From Candidatus Pelearchaeum maunauluense (GTDB lineage Archaea > Thermoproteota > Nitrososphaeria_A > Caldarchaeales > Caldarchaeaceae), in the NCBI GenBank assembly GCA_030059675.1, contig JANVYQ010000006.1:1-64000 (forward strand): a DNA stretch of 64,000 nucleotides, in the 5' to 3' direction. Shown here piece by piece: positions 1 through 9,890 of the stretch. How positions within the stretch are numbered: position 1 is the stretch's first letter; every line of letters starts with the position of its first letter. A program made the position numbers and the translations under genes. The notes beneath the pieces are model-generated. The model searched no databases, was not told where the DNA came from, and saw only the letters and a program-made list of their open reading frames with translations.

Positions 1-170
1 TCATCTGTTACCAGCTTTATCGGAAAATCAATAACATTACCCAACTCCTCCTTTGTTGCGCTTTCTTTCTCCATATTGTTATTCACGAATAACGTAAATC
101 CGCCTATGCTGGCGGCTAGAGCAGCCACGACAACCATAACTAATATTATTATTGCGTTTTTTCTCTTCAT
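1..170 (-). CDS. Partial membrane-anchored or secreted protein (N-terminus only, runs off the window)
   Basis: Manual translation from ATG at 170: MKRKNAIIILVMVVVAALAASIGGFTLFVNNNMEKES...VIDFPIKLVTD, basic N-terminus plus hydrophobic helix, open to the window edge. Confidence 0.6.
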   Translation of the reverse strand, partial: MKRKNAIIILVMVVVAALAASIGGFTLFVNNNMEKESATKEELGNVIDFPIKLVTD

Positions 171-252
171 TTCCGAGTCTAACTGGCTCTAGGCCAACTG
201 TGTATTAAGTCTTATGCTAAAAACTAAAAGGAAAAGAATTACTAAAAATTGT

Positions 253-966
253 TTAATATCCTCTAATCGTGTTAAGCAGCGTCTGGTCTTGGAATATCTT
301 CATGGGGTCTCCTGCGTAGATTATCTCGCCCCTGTCTATTGCGTATAGACGCTCACCGACTTTCGCTGCGATATTCACGTTTGACTCCGCTATGAGTATT
401 GATATTCCCAGCTGTTTTATCTGGTTGACCGCCTTGATGAACCGCTCAACAACAACAGGAGCAAGTCCCTCGAAAGCCTCGTCGAGCAGTAGGAGCTTGG
501 GACGTAGAGAGAGAGCCCGCGCTATTGAGACCATCTTCTTCTCACCGCCACTGCAATAGAGGCCGCGTCTATTCCATATCCTCTTAAGCTCTGGGAAGAT
601 GTTGAATATCGTCTCCTCCATATCCTTCTCGCTCATCTTCTCATGCTTCGAGAGCCAAATGCCCAGCTTGATGTTCTCCTCCACCGTTAGGTCGGGGAAG
701 ACTCGGCTATCCTCAGGCGAGTATCCTATGCCGGTGCGCGTAGCCCTAACATGGGGAGGCAGGCCAGTAATATCCTTACCATCAAACGTTATCTTCCCAG
801 ACTTAACTGGATAAAGCCCTATTATGCTCTTAATCGTGGATGTCTTCCCAGCGCCGTTCCTCCCAACGAGGACGACGGTCTCATCCTTATCTATATTCAT
901 TGAAAGGTCTCTAAGCACCTGGACAGCCCCGATGTTTACGTCGATATTATTAACCTCAAGGAGCAC
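253..966 (-). CDS. livF: LIV-type ABC transporter ATP-binding subunit (LivF family)
   Basis: Walker A GRNGAGKT, signature CSGGEKK, LLLLDE; last gene of the liv operon. Confidence 0.92.
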   Translation of the reverse strand: MLLEVNNIDVNIGAVQVLRDLSMNIDKDETVVLVGRNGAGKTSTIKSIIGLYPVKSGKITFDGKDITGLPPHVRATRTGIGYSPEDSRVFPDLTVEENIKLGIWLSKHEKMSEKDMEETIFNIFPELKRIWNRRGLYCSGGEKKMVSIARALSLRPKLLLLDEAFEGLAPVVVERFIKAVNQIKQLGISILIAESNVNIAAKVGERLYAIDRGEIIYAGDPMKIFQDQTLLNTIRGY

Positions 967-1726
967 CTGCCGTCACCCCAAGTAGCTTCTCCTGAACCTC
1001 GCGACTCTGCTTAATCTCTTCAGGCTTGCCCTCGGCTAAAATCTTTCCATCATACATAACGACAACCCTATCCGAGTAGCCGAAGACTATGTCCATGTCG
1101 TGCTCTATTATCATGGTTGCTATCTTCTCGTTCCTTACTGTCGAGACTATCCTCTCCATGATTGTGTGTTTCTCTTTTGAGCTTACGCCGCTGGTGGGCT
1201 CGTCCAGCAGGAGGACACGCGGCCTGAGAGCGAATGCCACCGCCACGTCCAGTAGCTTTCTCTCACCCTGGGGGAGAGCCTTCGCGGGCACCTCGGCCTT
1301 CTCCTCAAGGCCGAACGCGGCCAATATCTCCAGCGCCTCGTTGCGCACATCATCAAAACGCTCAACAGGCTTCCAAAATATGCCAGTCTTCCCAAGCCTG
1401 CTGAGTACAGCTATCCTAACATTATCCAACGCTGTAAGCTCGGCATAGAGATTAACGAGCTGGAAGCTCCTGGCTATGCCCATCCTGATCTTCTTAGTCC
1501 TAGACGCCTTCGTTATGTCCTTCCCCTGGTAGTATATCTTGCCCGCGTCTGGGTTGAAGTATCCAGTTATGACGTTTACGAATGTTGTCTTCCCAGCGCC
1601 GTTGGGGCCTATGAGCGCCACAACCTCGCCAGGGCTTATCCTGAAACTAACGCCATCAACAGCCCTGACCTCGCCGAAGTATTTCTTCAAATCAACGGTG
1701 TAGAGGATTGGTTCTTGGCTGATCAT
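956..1726 (-). CDS. livG: LIV-type ABC transporter ATP-binding subunit (LivG family)
   Basis: GPNGAGKT, LPQGERK, LLLDEP, IIEHDM; overlaps its neighbours. Confidence 0.92.
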   Translation of the reverse strand: MISQEPILYTVDLKKYFGEVRAVDGVSFRISPGEVVALIGPNGAGKTTFVNVITGYFNPDAGKIYYQGKDITKASRTKKIRMGIARSFQLVNLYAELTALDNVRIAVLSRLGKTGIFWKPVERFDDVRNEALEILAAFGLEEKAEVPAKALPQGERKLLDVAVAFALRPRVLLLDEPTSGVSSKEKHTIMERIVSTVRNEKIATMIIEHDMDIVFGYSDRVVVMYDGKILAEGKPEEIKQSREVQEKLLGVTAGAP

Positions 1727-2805
1727 TTCTCACGCCCGCCATCTTGGTGGTGCTTAATATCTGTTATGGCAGTTGGCGTCGGCGTCGTAGCGGCTGGCAA
1801 AACACGCGAACCTGCTCGGATTCTATTCGCTATACTGTTGAGCGCGCCCATAATGCCTGATGGGAACGCGAGTATCAGGACTATCAGGACGGAGCCGAGT
1901 ATGAGGCGCCAGAATATCGCGTAGCCCATAGCATATTGCCTGACGAAGGTGAAGATTATCGAGCCTAGGATAGGTCCTTCAAAGAACCTGAACCCGCCTA
2001 GGACCGCTACGAATACTATGTCGCCTGAGAATATCCAGTCGGCCTGCTCTGGGGTTACGTGGCCGTTGAGGACTGCGAAGAGTGCTCCAGCTAGTCCAGT
2101 GAAGACGCCTGATATGATGAACGCGTACCACCTGTAGAGGCGTACTCTAATGCCCACGAACTCCGCTCTTGTCTCGTTCTCGCGGGTAGCGAGGAGAGCA
2201 CGGCCAAAAGGCGAGTTGACGATGAGCCAAATAATGAACAAGGATATGGCGAAGATTCCGAGGAGGTAGTAGTAGAATACCGTGTTTAGGTATTCGGGCC
2301 TGCTCATGAACTCGTTGAACGGTATTCCCAGCAGTGGTTTTGCTCTTACGTTTACGCCGTCGCTGCCCCCTGTGTACCAGTAGAGCTTGAGGATGAGCGC
2401 CCAGACGAGCTGTGTGAGAGCCAGCGTCATGATGGCGAAGAATATCCTAGTCAGCCTAACCGCGATGTATCCGAAGGCCATAGAAACTATCGCCGAGGCC
2501 ACTAGGGCTAGAAGTATCAGAACCTCAAACGACGTGTTGCCTATGAACTGGGGCGCGAGCGCGACGGTGTATGCGCCAACAGCAAAATACGCTGCGTGGC
2601 CGAAGGAGAGCAGGCCTGAGTAGCCCAGCAGGATGTTGAACGCAAGGCCAGCTATGGCGAAGATTATGGAGTACATCAAGAGGTTTTGAACAAACTCTGT
2701 TACTAGCCCGATTCGCGTGAAAAGTGGGATGAGTGCTAGGACTAGGAGGAATATTAGGTAGCCGATGATTTTGTTCCTTACCTGCCTGCTTGCATGGCTT
2801 GTCAT
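1723..2805 (-). CDS. livM: LIV-type ABC transporter permease (LivM family)
   Basis: GYSGLLSFGHAAYFAVGAY, TGGSDG, NSPFGRAL..RENE motifs; multiple TM helices. Confidence 0.92.
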   Translation of the reverse strand: MTSHASRQVRNKIIGYLIFLLVLALIPLFTRIGLVTEFVQNLLMYSIIFAIAGLAFNILLGYSGLLSFGHAAYFAVGAYTVALAPQFIGNTSFEVLILLALVASAIVSMAFGYIAVRLTRIFFAIMTLALTQLVWALILKLYWYTGGSDGVNVRAKPLLGIPFNEFMSRPEYLNTVFYYYLLGIFAISLFIIWLIVNSPFGRALLATRENETRAEFVGIRVRLYRWYAFIISGVFTGLAGALFAVLNGHVTPEQADWIFSGDIVFVAVLGGFRFFEGPILGSIIFTFVRQYAMGYAIFWRLILGSVLIVLILAFPSGIMGALNSIANRIRAGSRVLPAATTPTPTAITDIKHHQDGGREK

Positions 2806-2815
2806 ACTATCCTAC

Positions 2816-3694
2816 TCACCTCCCGAAGAGCCCCTGTGGCTTTATCGTGAGAACTACCGCTGCTATGAGCCAGAGTATAGCGAGCTCTATCTCTGGGAAG
2901 TATGCTGTGCCTATCTGTCTTAAGGCGCCTACTATGAGAGCTCCCACGAAAGCGCCCTTCATGCTTCCCAGACCGCCTATAACCATGACAACGAACGCGA
3001 GAACTAGGGCTTCTATACCCATGCCGAGCACGGCCGTGTCCTTCGTAACTATGAAACCGCCAGCCAGCCCTGCTATCATGGCTCCTATCACGAAGCTAAC
3101 TGTGAAGAGCGACTTGACGTTCACGCCCATAGCGGCGGCCATCTCCCTATCCAGCGACGTGGCTCTCAAGATTATGCCGAACTTGGTCTTGTATAGTAAG
3201 AACCAGAGGGCAAACGCGACGATGAAGCCCAGCGCTATCACGAGGAAGTTGTAGTTGGGATAGCTTAGGTCTCCTATCTTGCTAACGCCTAGGAATGTAT
3301 AGGGCTCGCGAACCGAGAGCGGGTACGGGCCGAATATTAGGAGGAAGAGGTCCTCCAATATTAGGAGAACGCCAAACGTTATGAGTAGCTGGAACTCCTC
3401 TATGCGTTTATACATAGGTCTGAGAAGTGTAGGCTCCATTATTAGAGCGCCCAGTCCGACCACCAGAACGCCTATTATCGGCGGGACTATGTAGAGGAGC
3501 GGGCCTGGGAAGGCTTGATACCCCACCGTCAGGAGAACCCACGCCGTAACATAGGCGCCTAGAGCATAAAGGTTGCCATGCGCTAAGTTGATTATACGCA
3601 TGACACCGTAGATTATGTTCAGCCCTGCCGTCAGGAGAAATAGCACCGACGCGAAGAGCAGAGCATTCAGGGCGAAAATGATGTAGATGGACAT
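2816..3694 (-). CDS. livH: LIV-type ABC transporter permease (LivH family)
   Basis: GLNIIYGVMRIINLAHG, RATSLDREMAAAMGV, GGLGSMKGA. Confidence 0.92.
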   Translation of the reverse strand: MSIYIIFALNALLFASVLFLLTAGLNIIYGVMRIINLAHGNLYALGAYVTAWVLLTVGYQAFPGPLLYIVPPIIGVLVVGLGALIMEPTLLRPMYKRIEEFQLLITFGVLLILEDLFLLIFGPYPLSVREPYTFLGVSKIGDLSYPNYNFLVIALGFIVAFALWFLLYKTKFGIILRATSLDREMAAAMGVNVKSLFTVSFVIGAMIAGLAGGFIVTKDTAVLGMGIEALVLAFVVMVIGGLGSMKGAFVGALIVGALRQIGTAYFPEIELAILWLIAAVVLTIKPQGLFGR

Positions 3695-3749
3695 ATTAAG
3701 CTCACGGATAAAAATAAAAAAGAATATAGAGATTTCGTTTTCAGCAGAT

Positions 3750-5174
3750 TTATGGCTTGAAACCTACTGGCCAGCTCTCCAGCCACTGCTTAGACGTGTC
3801 GTACTCGGCTGGGGCAGACACCCTCTCTATCGGCAGCACCAAGACCTCGCTCATAACAGCGAAATCATACTCTGGACTCGTGCCAGTCACGCCTATGACA
3901 GCATTCTTATAGCACTGGTGGTTCTTCTTACGCACCTGTATGTAGCCAGCAGGGCCGTATGTAGACCACTGCTCCAGTATTGGGATTATCTCCTCCTCAT
4001 CAGGATAGCCACCAACTTCCTGGGCAGCTGTCTCTATGGCGCCTTTGAGCATATAAGCTCCTGTATATGCTCCCTCGCCCTCAAAGCTTGGATACTCGCC
4101 CCACATGTCCTTGAACTTCTTGACGAACTTGCCGTTAAGTGGCCAGAGCGTCCAGTCTGGGTTGGTGAACCAGTAGTTGGCGTGCACTCCGCCGACGTGG
4201 CCCGCTGGGTGGTCCTTGCCCACAGCCTGCGGGGAGCCTCCGAAGGTCAGCGTCGTAACAACCTTCATCTTGTCGAAGAGGCCGAAGCCTATGGCCTGCT
4301 TATACCAGTTGACGTAGTCGCCGCCCCATAGTGAGACGATGGCGAGGTCTGGCCGCTGCTGTATCATCGAGGTAATCTGGGCTGAGAAGTCTGTTACCTT
4401 GAACAGGCCTGGGAACTGCTGGTCTAGTATCTCAGCGTCAGGCAGCATCTTCTTCATAGCTGTGTTGTAGAAGTCGTATATCAGCCTGCCGTAGGCGTAG
4501 TCTGGGTGGATTCCAGTTATCTTCGGGTTCTCTGGAATAAGGCCCCTGTCGAAGAGTAGCTTCATCGTACCAACGGCTGCTGTTATCGCGTCGCTGGACT
4601 GGATGTTGGTTATCCTGAAGACGTAGTGCGGGTTTGGAATAGCCCGCTCAAATAGTATGTCGGTGCAGCCGTCAACGAAGAGTGTGAGGACCTTGTTCTC
4701 CTCTGCCTCAGGCCCTACTGTCGGCGTGTTGCCGCTGGAGATTAGGCCCGTGTAGTAGTCTATCTTGTCCTCAAGGACGAGCTTCCTAAACTCTCGGAGG
4801 GTCGCGTCGGATGGCCCCTCATCCCTCTCCAAGAGCTCTATCTTACGGGCCAGAATACCTCCCGCGTCATTAATCTCCTTCACGGCCATCCTAGTACCAT
4901 ACGCTGCCGGCAGGCCCAGAAGGGCACCAGGGCCTGTGAAGAAGACTTGTAAGCCGAGCTTAATCGGCCCTGATGGCGTAGGCCTGGCTGTCTGCCCGAC
5001 TGTGACGGTCTTGGTCACAGTCTGGGCGGCTCCGCCGACTGTTGTTGTTACGGTTTCTGTTTTGACGACCTCTTTTGGTGGGGCTCCGAAGTAGCCTGCC
5101 AGCCCACCGACTATTAGGCCGCCGACCCCTGCGCCGACTGCTTTAAGGAAGCCGCGCCTATCTGTTCCGCTCAT
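3750..5174 (-). CDS. LIV-family substrate-binding protein with Tat signal/anchor
   Basis: True start probably ATG 5174 (MSGTDRRGFLK twin-arginine motif); Thr-rich linker; INDAGGILARKIEL PBP1 motif. Confidence 0.88.
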   Translation of the reverse strand: MSGTDRRGFLKAVGAGVGGLIVGGLAGYFGAPPKEVVKTETVTTTVGGAAQTVTKTVTVGQTARPTPSGPIKLGLQVFFTGPGALLGLPAAYGTRMAVKEINDAGGILARKIELLERDEGPSDATLREFRKLVLEDKIDYYTGLISSGNTPTVGPEAEENKVLTLFVDGCTDILFERAIPNPHYVFRITNIQSSDAITAAVGTMKLLFDRGLIPENPKITGIHPDYAYGRLIYDFYNTAMKKMLPDAEILDQQFPGLFKVTDFSAQITSMIQQRPDLAIVSLWGGDYVNWYKQAIGFGLFDKMKVVTTLTFGGSPQAVGKDHPAGHVGGVHANYWFTNPDWTLWPLNGKFVKKFKDMWGEYPSFEGEGAYTGAYMLKGAIETAAQEVGGYPDEEEIIPILEQWSTYGPAGYIQVRKKNHQCYKNAVIGVTGTSPEYDFAVMSEVLVLPIERVSAPAEYDTSKQWLESWPVGFKP

Positions 5175-5329
5175 TTTCTCACCGGCTACGACTCTTTCGA
5201 CATACAAAAATATATAAAATTTTTTCCACATTAGCGCCCCAACTGTTAAAAAGGAGTAAGAGCGATTATGTAGGCTCAAAAATAATTATGCGCATAGGCG
5301 TGTTGTTGGCTAAAGCTCCCTAAATCACG

Positions 5330-6430
5330 TTAGTCGGTTTCTATTATTGCGCGCCCCACTATCTCGCCGCGGTTTAGCGCGTCATATGCTTCGTTAACCT
5401 GCTCCAACTTGTAGCGTCTCGTTACTGATTTGGCCAGGTCAACCGCGCCTTTGGAGGTGAGTTTCAGTATTGTTGGCATGTCTGCCCGTGTTCTCGCGCC
5501 GTATGAGCCTATGAGCCTTATCCCGCGTCTCACTAGTCTGGTTATCTCTATGCTTGCAGAGACACCTATGGGCGCAATCCCCACGACAACGGCTCTTCCA
5601 CCGTCGCCAACTATATTCACAGCCTGCGCCACCGTCTCTGGTCTTCCCAGAGCCTCAAACGCCACATCAACACCACGATTATCAGTTATGCGCATAACCT
5701 CATCAACGGGGTTTGTCTTCCTTGAGTTTATTACGTGAGTTGCCCCAAGCTCTCTAGCGTTAGCCAGCTTGTCATCTCTAACGTCTATAGCAATTATTTC
5801 TGATGCCCCAAATGTCTTTGCCCACTGTATTATGTTAAGCCCTACACCGCCCACCGCTACTACGGCGACAGACTCCCCAGCCCTTAGGTCTGCCTGGTTC
5901 TTCACAGCTCCATACGCGGTGAATACTGCGCAGCCTAGCGTTGCCGCCTCATGCAGGGGCATGTTATCTGGAAGCTTAAACACCGCCGTAGCTGGGACTA
6001 CCGACAGCTCAGCCAAGCCGCCCATACTGTACATCCATACCCTACTACCATCCTTTCTGAAGAGGCGGGTATCGCCGTCGTATAGCTTTCCCTGAAGCCT
6101 GTTGAGGGCGAAGAACTTCTCGCAGAGGTCGTCGCGGCCGCGCATACAGTAGTAGCACGAGCCGCAGGGCATTATGAAGGGGCACACAACCCTATCTCCT
6201 ACCTGGATTCCCTCAACTCCTGCACCTACCTCCTCAACCACACCGGATATCTCATGCCCAAGAACGCATGGTGTGGGGAACTTAACCTCACCCTTCATAA
6301 CATGCAGGTCTGTATGGCAAACACCACAGGAGGCAACCCTAACCAGAACCTCACCAGCCTTAGGCCGCGGCCTCTCCAGCTCCTCAATACTCATAGGCTT
6401 GTTCACCTCGTTGAGAACTGCGGCACGCAT
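5330..6430 (-). CDS. Zn-dependent alcohol dehydrogenase (MDR family, resembles archaeal succinic-semialdehyde-reductase-like enzymes)
   Basis: CHTD, GHE, CxxCxxCx7C structural Zn site, AVGGVG Rossmann motif. Confidence 0.88.
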   Translation of the reverse strand: MRAAVLNEVNKPMSIEELERPRPKAGEVLVRVASCGVCHTDLHVMKGEVKFPTPCVLGHEISGVVEEVGAGVEGIQVGDRVVCPFIMPCGSCYYCMRGRDDLCEKFFALNRLQGKLYDGDTRLFRKDGSRVWMYSMGGLAELSVVPATAVFKLPDNMPLHEAATLGCAVFTAYGAVKNQADLRAGESVAVVAVGGVGLNIIQWAKTFGASEIIAIDVRDDKLANARELGATHVINSRKTNPVDEVMRITDNRGVDVAFEALGRPETVAQAVNIVGDGGRAVVVGIAPIGVSASIEITRLVRRGIRLIGSYGARTRADMPTILKLTSKGAVDLAKSVTRRYKLEQVNEAYDALNRGEIVGRAIIETD

Positions 6431-6519
6431 GTATGGCGTTTGTGATGTATTGCATATAAGGCTTCAAGAGGTGTGGAGCGATTCTCTAATAAACGCCCAA
6501 AACATAAAGGCATGCAAGA

Positions 6520-7605
6520 ATGGGCATGACTTTACCTAGCAGTCATACAGTAAGCTCCGCAGCGAGAAAATACATAGTAATATTCTTCATCACTGTCTTC
6601 GTGCTAATACCGTTATTCGCCCATGATTATGTGCTTGTATTGGTGAGCTATGGGCTAATCTACTCAATCGTAGCCCTCTCGGTGAACCTGCTCCTCGGCT
6701 ATGGAGGGCTTGTCTCTTTTGGTCATGCAGCGTTCTTCACGGTTGGGGCCTACTCAGTCGCTCTATTGTCTATAAACGCTGGTATATACTCCATAGACCT
6801 CCTCATCGTAAGCGGGCTATTAATCTCGCTGCTCACAGCGCTGGTAATAGGGATACTCTGCGTAAGGCACACGCGGATATACTTCATGATACTCACATTC
6901 GCCCTCTCCGAGGTTATCCACGCTATAATCCATAGAACCTTTGGCGCCGCTGGGCTACCGGTACCAGTCCCCATATCAAGGCTCCACGAAAGCACGCTGC
7001 TCTGGATGACCTTCCAGGGGGCTAATAGGCTGGAATTCCTACGCGGCGTGTATTACTACTACATACTCGCATGGTTCGCGCTGGTTGTCTTCATATACTG
7101 GGTTCTGGTGAACTCACCCTTTGGCAAGACGCTGCAGGCGGTTAGGGATAATGAGGAGCGGGCTGCCAGCGTTGGGGTCTCTGTGAGGAGGATACGTCTC
7201 CTTGCGTTCATGGTCTCTGGGGCGTTCACAGGCCTTGCAGGCGCTCTATGGGCGCCGCTGACTGGGGTCGTTGACCCGCATATGATACACTGGGATATTT
7301 CTGGCGAGTATGTCTTCTATGCCTTGTTGGGTGGTGTCAATACGTTTGTTGGCCCTATCGTTGGAGCGTTTATCTTAACTTCTTTGAAGGACGCTGTGCT
7401 GTCTATTACAACTTATTGGCGCTTCTTGATGGGTGCTATACTCGTTTTACTTGTCTTGGTTATTCCACGGGGAGTTGTAGGCGGGTTGCTAGCGCTGGCT
7501 AGCAGGCCAGCAGGCGGCGGAGCGTTGCAGCAGGCCAAGCTACTCGGCGGTCTAGCGTATTTAAAGAAAATCCTAATCGGGAGTGATTTGAGAGATGGCG
7601 TATGA
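6520..7605 (+). CDS. livM: LIV-type ABC permease (LivM family)
   Basis: GYGGLVSFGHAAFF, NSPFGKTLQAVRDNE. Confidence 0.9.
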   Translation: MGMTLPSSHTVSSAARKYIVIFFITVFVLIPLFAHDYVLVLVSYGLIYSIVALSVNLLLGYGGLVSFGHAAFFTVGAYSVALLSINAGIYSIDLLIVSGLLISLLTALVIGILCVRHTRIYFMILTFALSEVIHAIIHRTFGAAGLPVPVPISRLHESTLLWMTFQGANRLEFLRGVYYYYILAWFALVVFIYWVLVNSPFGKTLQAVRDNEERAASVGVSVRRIRLLAFMVSGAFTGLAGALWAPLTGVVDPHMIHWDISGEYVFYALLGGVNTFVGPIVGAFILTSLKDAVLSITTYWRFLMGAILVLLVLVIPRGVVGGLLALASRPAGGGALQQAKLLGGLAYLKKILIGSDLRDGV

Positions 7606-8473
7606 GATTGCTCTAATATACGTTATTAGTATAATATTTTACGCGTCGGTGTTGTTCCTAATCTCGTCTGGGCTTAACCTAATCTATGGAGTTATGCGCA
7701 TCCTAAACCTGGCTCATGGTGGCTTATACGCTTTCGGAGCCTACGTTGGTGCTTGGTTTATTGCTATAGTTGTTGGGAGCCAGAATCCGTTTTTGCTCTT
7801 CTTAGCGCCGCTGACTGGTGCTGCGATAGCTGCATTACTTGGGCTGTTCATAGAGCCCTCGCTCCTAAAGCCGATATATGGAAGGAGGGAGGAGTATCAG
7901 CTTCTCCTCACTTTCGGAGTTCTCTTAATGCTTGAGGATGGTCTCAGGGCTATCTGGGGCTCAGCGCCCCTAACGGCTAGAGCGCCTTTCGTGCTTATGG
8001 GCAATGTAAATTTGCTAGGCTATTCGTATCCGCTCTATAACTTGGTTGTGGTTGCTGTAAGCCTCCTAACGGCGTTGGCTCTATGGTTCTACATAAACAA
8101 GACGCGGAACGGCGTTATAATACGCGCAACATCCACGGATAGGGAGATGGCGGCCGCGTTGGGTGTTGATGTTAAGCGCGTGTATCTACAGACGTTTGTC
8201 ATAGCCAGCTTCATGGCAGGCCTGGCTGGAGCGCTCATAGTCCCAACCACCACAGCTGTTCTGGGGATGAGCGTAGAGGCACTAGTCCTGGCTTTCGTAG
8301 TAATAGTCATAGGAGGCCTGGGAAGCCTGAAAGGCGCCTTCTTCGGCTCGCTCCTAGTGGGTGCGGCGAGGATTGTAGGCATAAACTACTTCCCGCAAGT
8401 AGAGCTGGTCCTACTCTATGCAGTCGCCTCAATAATCCTGATAACCAGGTCCAAGGGATTGTTCGGTAGATAG
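7595..8473 (+). CDS. livH: LIV-type ABC permease (LivH family)
   Basis: GLNLIYGVMRILNLAHG, GGLGSLKGA. Confidence 0.9.
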   Translation: MAYEIALIYVISIIFYASVLFLISSGLNLIYGVMRILNLAHGGLYAFGAYVGAWFIAIVVGSQNPFLLFLAPLTGAAIAALLGLFIEPSLLKPIYGRREEYQLLLTFGVLLMLEDGLRAIWGSAPLTARAPFVLMGNVNLLGYSYPLYNLVVVAVSLLTALALWFYINKTRNGVIIRATSTDREMAAALGVDVKRVYLQTFVIASFMAGLAGALIVPTTTAVLGMSVEALVLAFVVIVIGGLGSLKGAFFGSLLVGAARIVGINYFPQVELVLLYAVASIILITRSKGLFGR

Positions 8474-8528
8474 ATGTATGGGATTATAGGGATTCGTCAA
8501 AATTTTTAATTGCGCTGGTAATAGGGGT

Positions 8529-9887
8529 TTGGGTGAGGAACGCTCCTTGTCTTCATCATCTAAGCTGGCCAGAAGGGAATTCATAAAATATGCTTTAGCG
8601 GCGGGAGCTGGGCTAGCCGTTGGGAGGCTGTCAGCCAGCTTACCAACAGCGCCCGCACAGACTCACGAGGCCTCAGGAGAGGCGGAGACAATACCAGAGG
8701 GGAATGTTAAGGTGGGTGTTCAGACGTTCTTCAGCGGGCCAGGCGCTGTGGTGGGGGAGTGCCTCTACAAGGGCGCTGTCTTGGCTGCTGAGCAGATAAA
8801 CCAGCGCGGGGGAATACTGGGAAAGAGGAAGATAGAGATAGTAGCGCGGGACGAGGCGGGGGTTGAGCAGACGGTTAAGGAGTTCAGAAGACTAGCGATA
8901 AACGAGAAGGTAGACTACTACGTGGGCGCTATAGAGAGTGTCAATACGATAGCGCTAGGTCCAGAGGCAGAGTCGCTTGGGTTGCTTACGATATTCGTTG
9001 ATGGAGGGACTGAGAAGCTCTTTGTGGAGATACTCGCCAAGCCGCGTGTTGTTTTCAGAACATCAAACATAGATACTGTTGATGCCTTCACGACCATGAA
9101 TGCTGTTGCCTACTGGTTTTCCGACGCCAGGAGGGTTGCACAGATTTATCCCGACGATGTTTATGGGCAGCTTACGCATGAGGTTGTGGAGGCTTCTCTA
9201 AAGAAGCTCCTACCCGATGCTGAGTCTGTCTATACTGGGTGGCCTCCCCTCTTCACAACAGACTACTCGCCGCATATAACCAAGCTCCTAGAGACTAGGC
9301 CTGATGTCTTGGTTATAGGGCTGTGGGGTGGTGATTTCCTTACATTCTACAAGCAGGCCTTGGCTTATGGCGTCTTTAAGGAGACGCGCCTAGTCTCTAC
9401 CTATGGTTTTTCAGCTCCTCCACACTACTTCGGTAAAGACCTGCCCGAAGGCTCAATAATGGGCGCCCACGCCAACTACTACTTCCTCTACCCGCCTTGG
9501 GAGCGGAGTGAACGGAACAGAGAGTTTAACAGGGCTTACTACGACATGTGGAACGAGTATCCAGGCACTCATGCGGAGCTGGCTTACTCTTCTATGATGG
9601 CTCTTATTCAGGCTATAGAAAGGGCGTATAGCATAGCTGGTAGCTGGCCAGATGTTGGGGAGGTTGCCGAGGCGCTGGCAGGCTCTATGGCGGAAGCACC
9701 TGGAGGATACCTCTACTACAGGCGTGAAGACCATCAGGCTGTTAGAAACCCGCCTATAGGCAGGGCGGTGAATGAGGAAGAATGGCCATTCCCAGTCTGG
9801 GATATTGATGATGTCCTCCAGCTACCCGCTGAGCGTTACATACCTCCCCCAGGTGTGAAGATGGTTGATTGGATTAAAATGCTCTAA
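8529..9887 (+). CDS. LIV-family substrate-binding protein with Tat motif (paralogue of 3750-5174)
   Basis: LARREFIK; INQRGGILGKRKIE; shared LWGGD..YKQA and HANY motifs. Confidence 0.87.
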   Translation: MGEERSLSSSSKLARREFIKYALAAGAGLAVGRLSASLPTAPAQTHEASGEAETIPEGNVKVGVQTFFSGPGAVVGECLYKGAVLAAEQINQRGGILGKRKIEIVARDEAGVEQTVKEFRRLAINEKVDYYVGAIESVNTIALGPEAESLGLLTIFVDGGTEKLFVEILAKPRVVFRTSNIDTVDAFTTMNAVAYWFSDARRVAQIYPDDVYGQLTHEVVEASLKKLLPDAESVYTGWPPLFTTDYSPHITKLLETRPDVLVIGLWGGDFLTFYKQALAYGVFKETRLVSTYGFSAPPHYFGKDLPEGSIMGAHANYYFLYPPWERSERNREFNRAYYDMWNEYPGTHAELAYSSMMALIQAIERAYSIAGSWPDVGEVAEALAGSMAEAPGGYLYYRREDHQAVRNPPIGRAVNEEEWPFPVWDIDDVLQLPAERYIPPPGVKMVDWIKML

Positions 9888-9890
9888 AGG

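Noticed and set aside
3687-4331. 214-aa plus-strand ORF and the many other antisense ORFs in the track
   Set aside because: Shadow frames of well-supported opposite-strand genes with no recognisable motifs
3129-8158. About 21-nt near-identity between the two livH paralogues (DREMAAA codons)
   Set aside because: Short, contains a mismatch and is explained by protein motif conservation, unlike the 57-bp exact repeat
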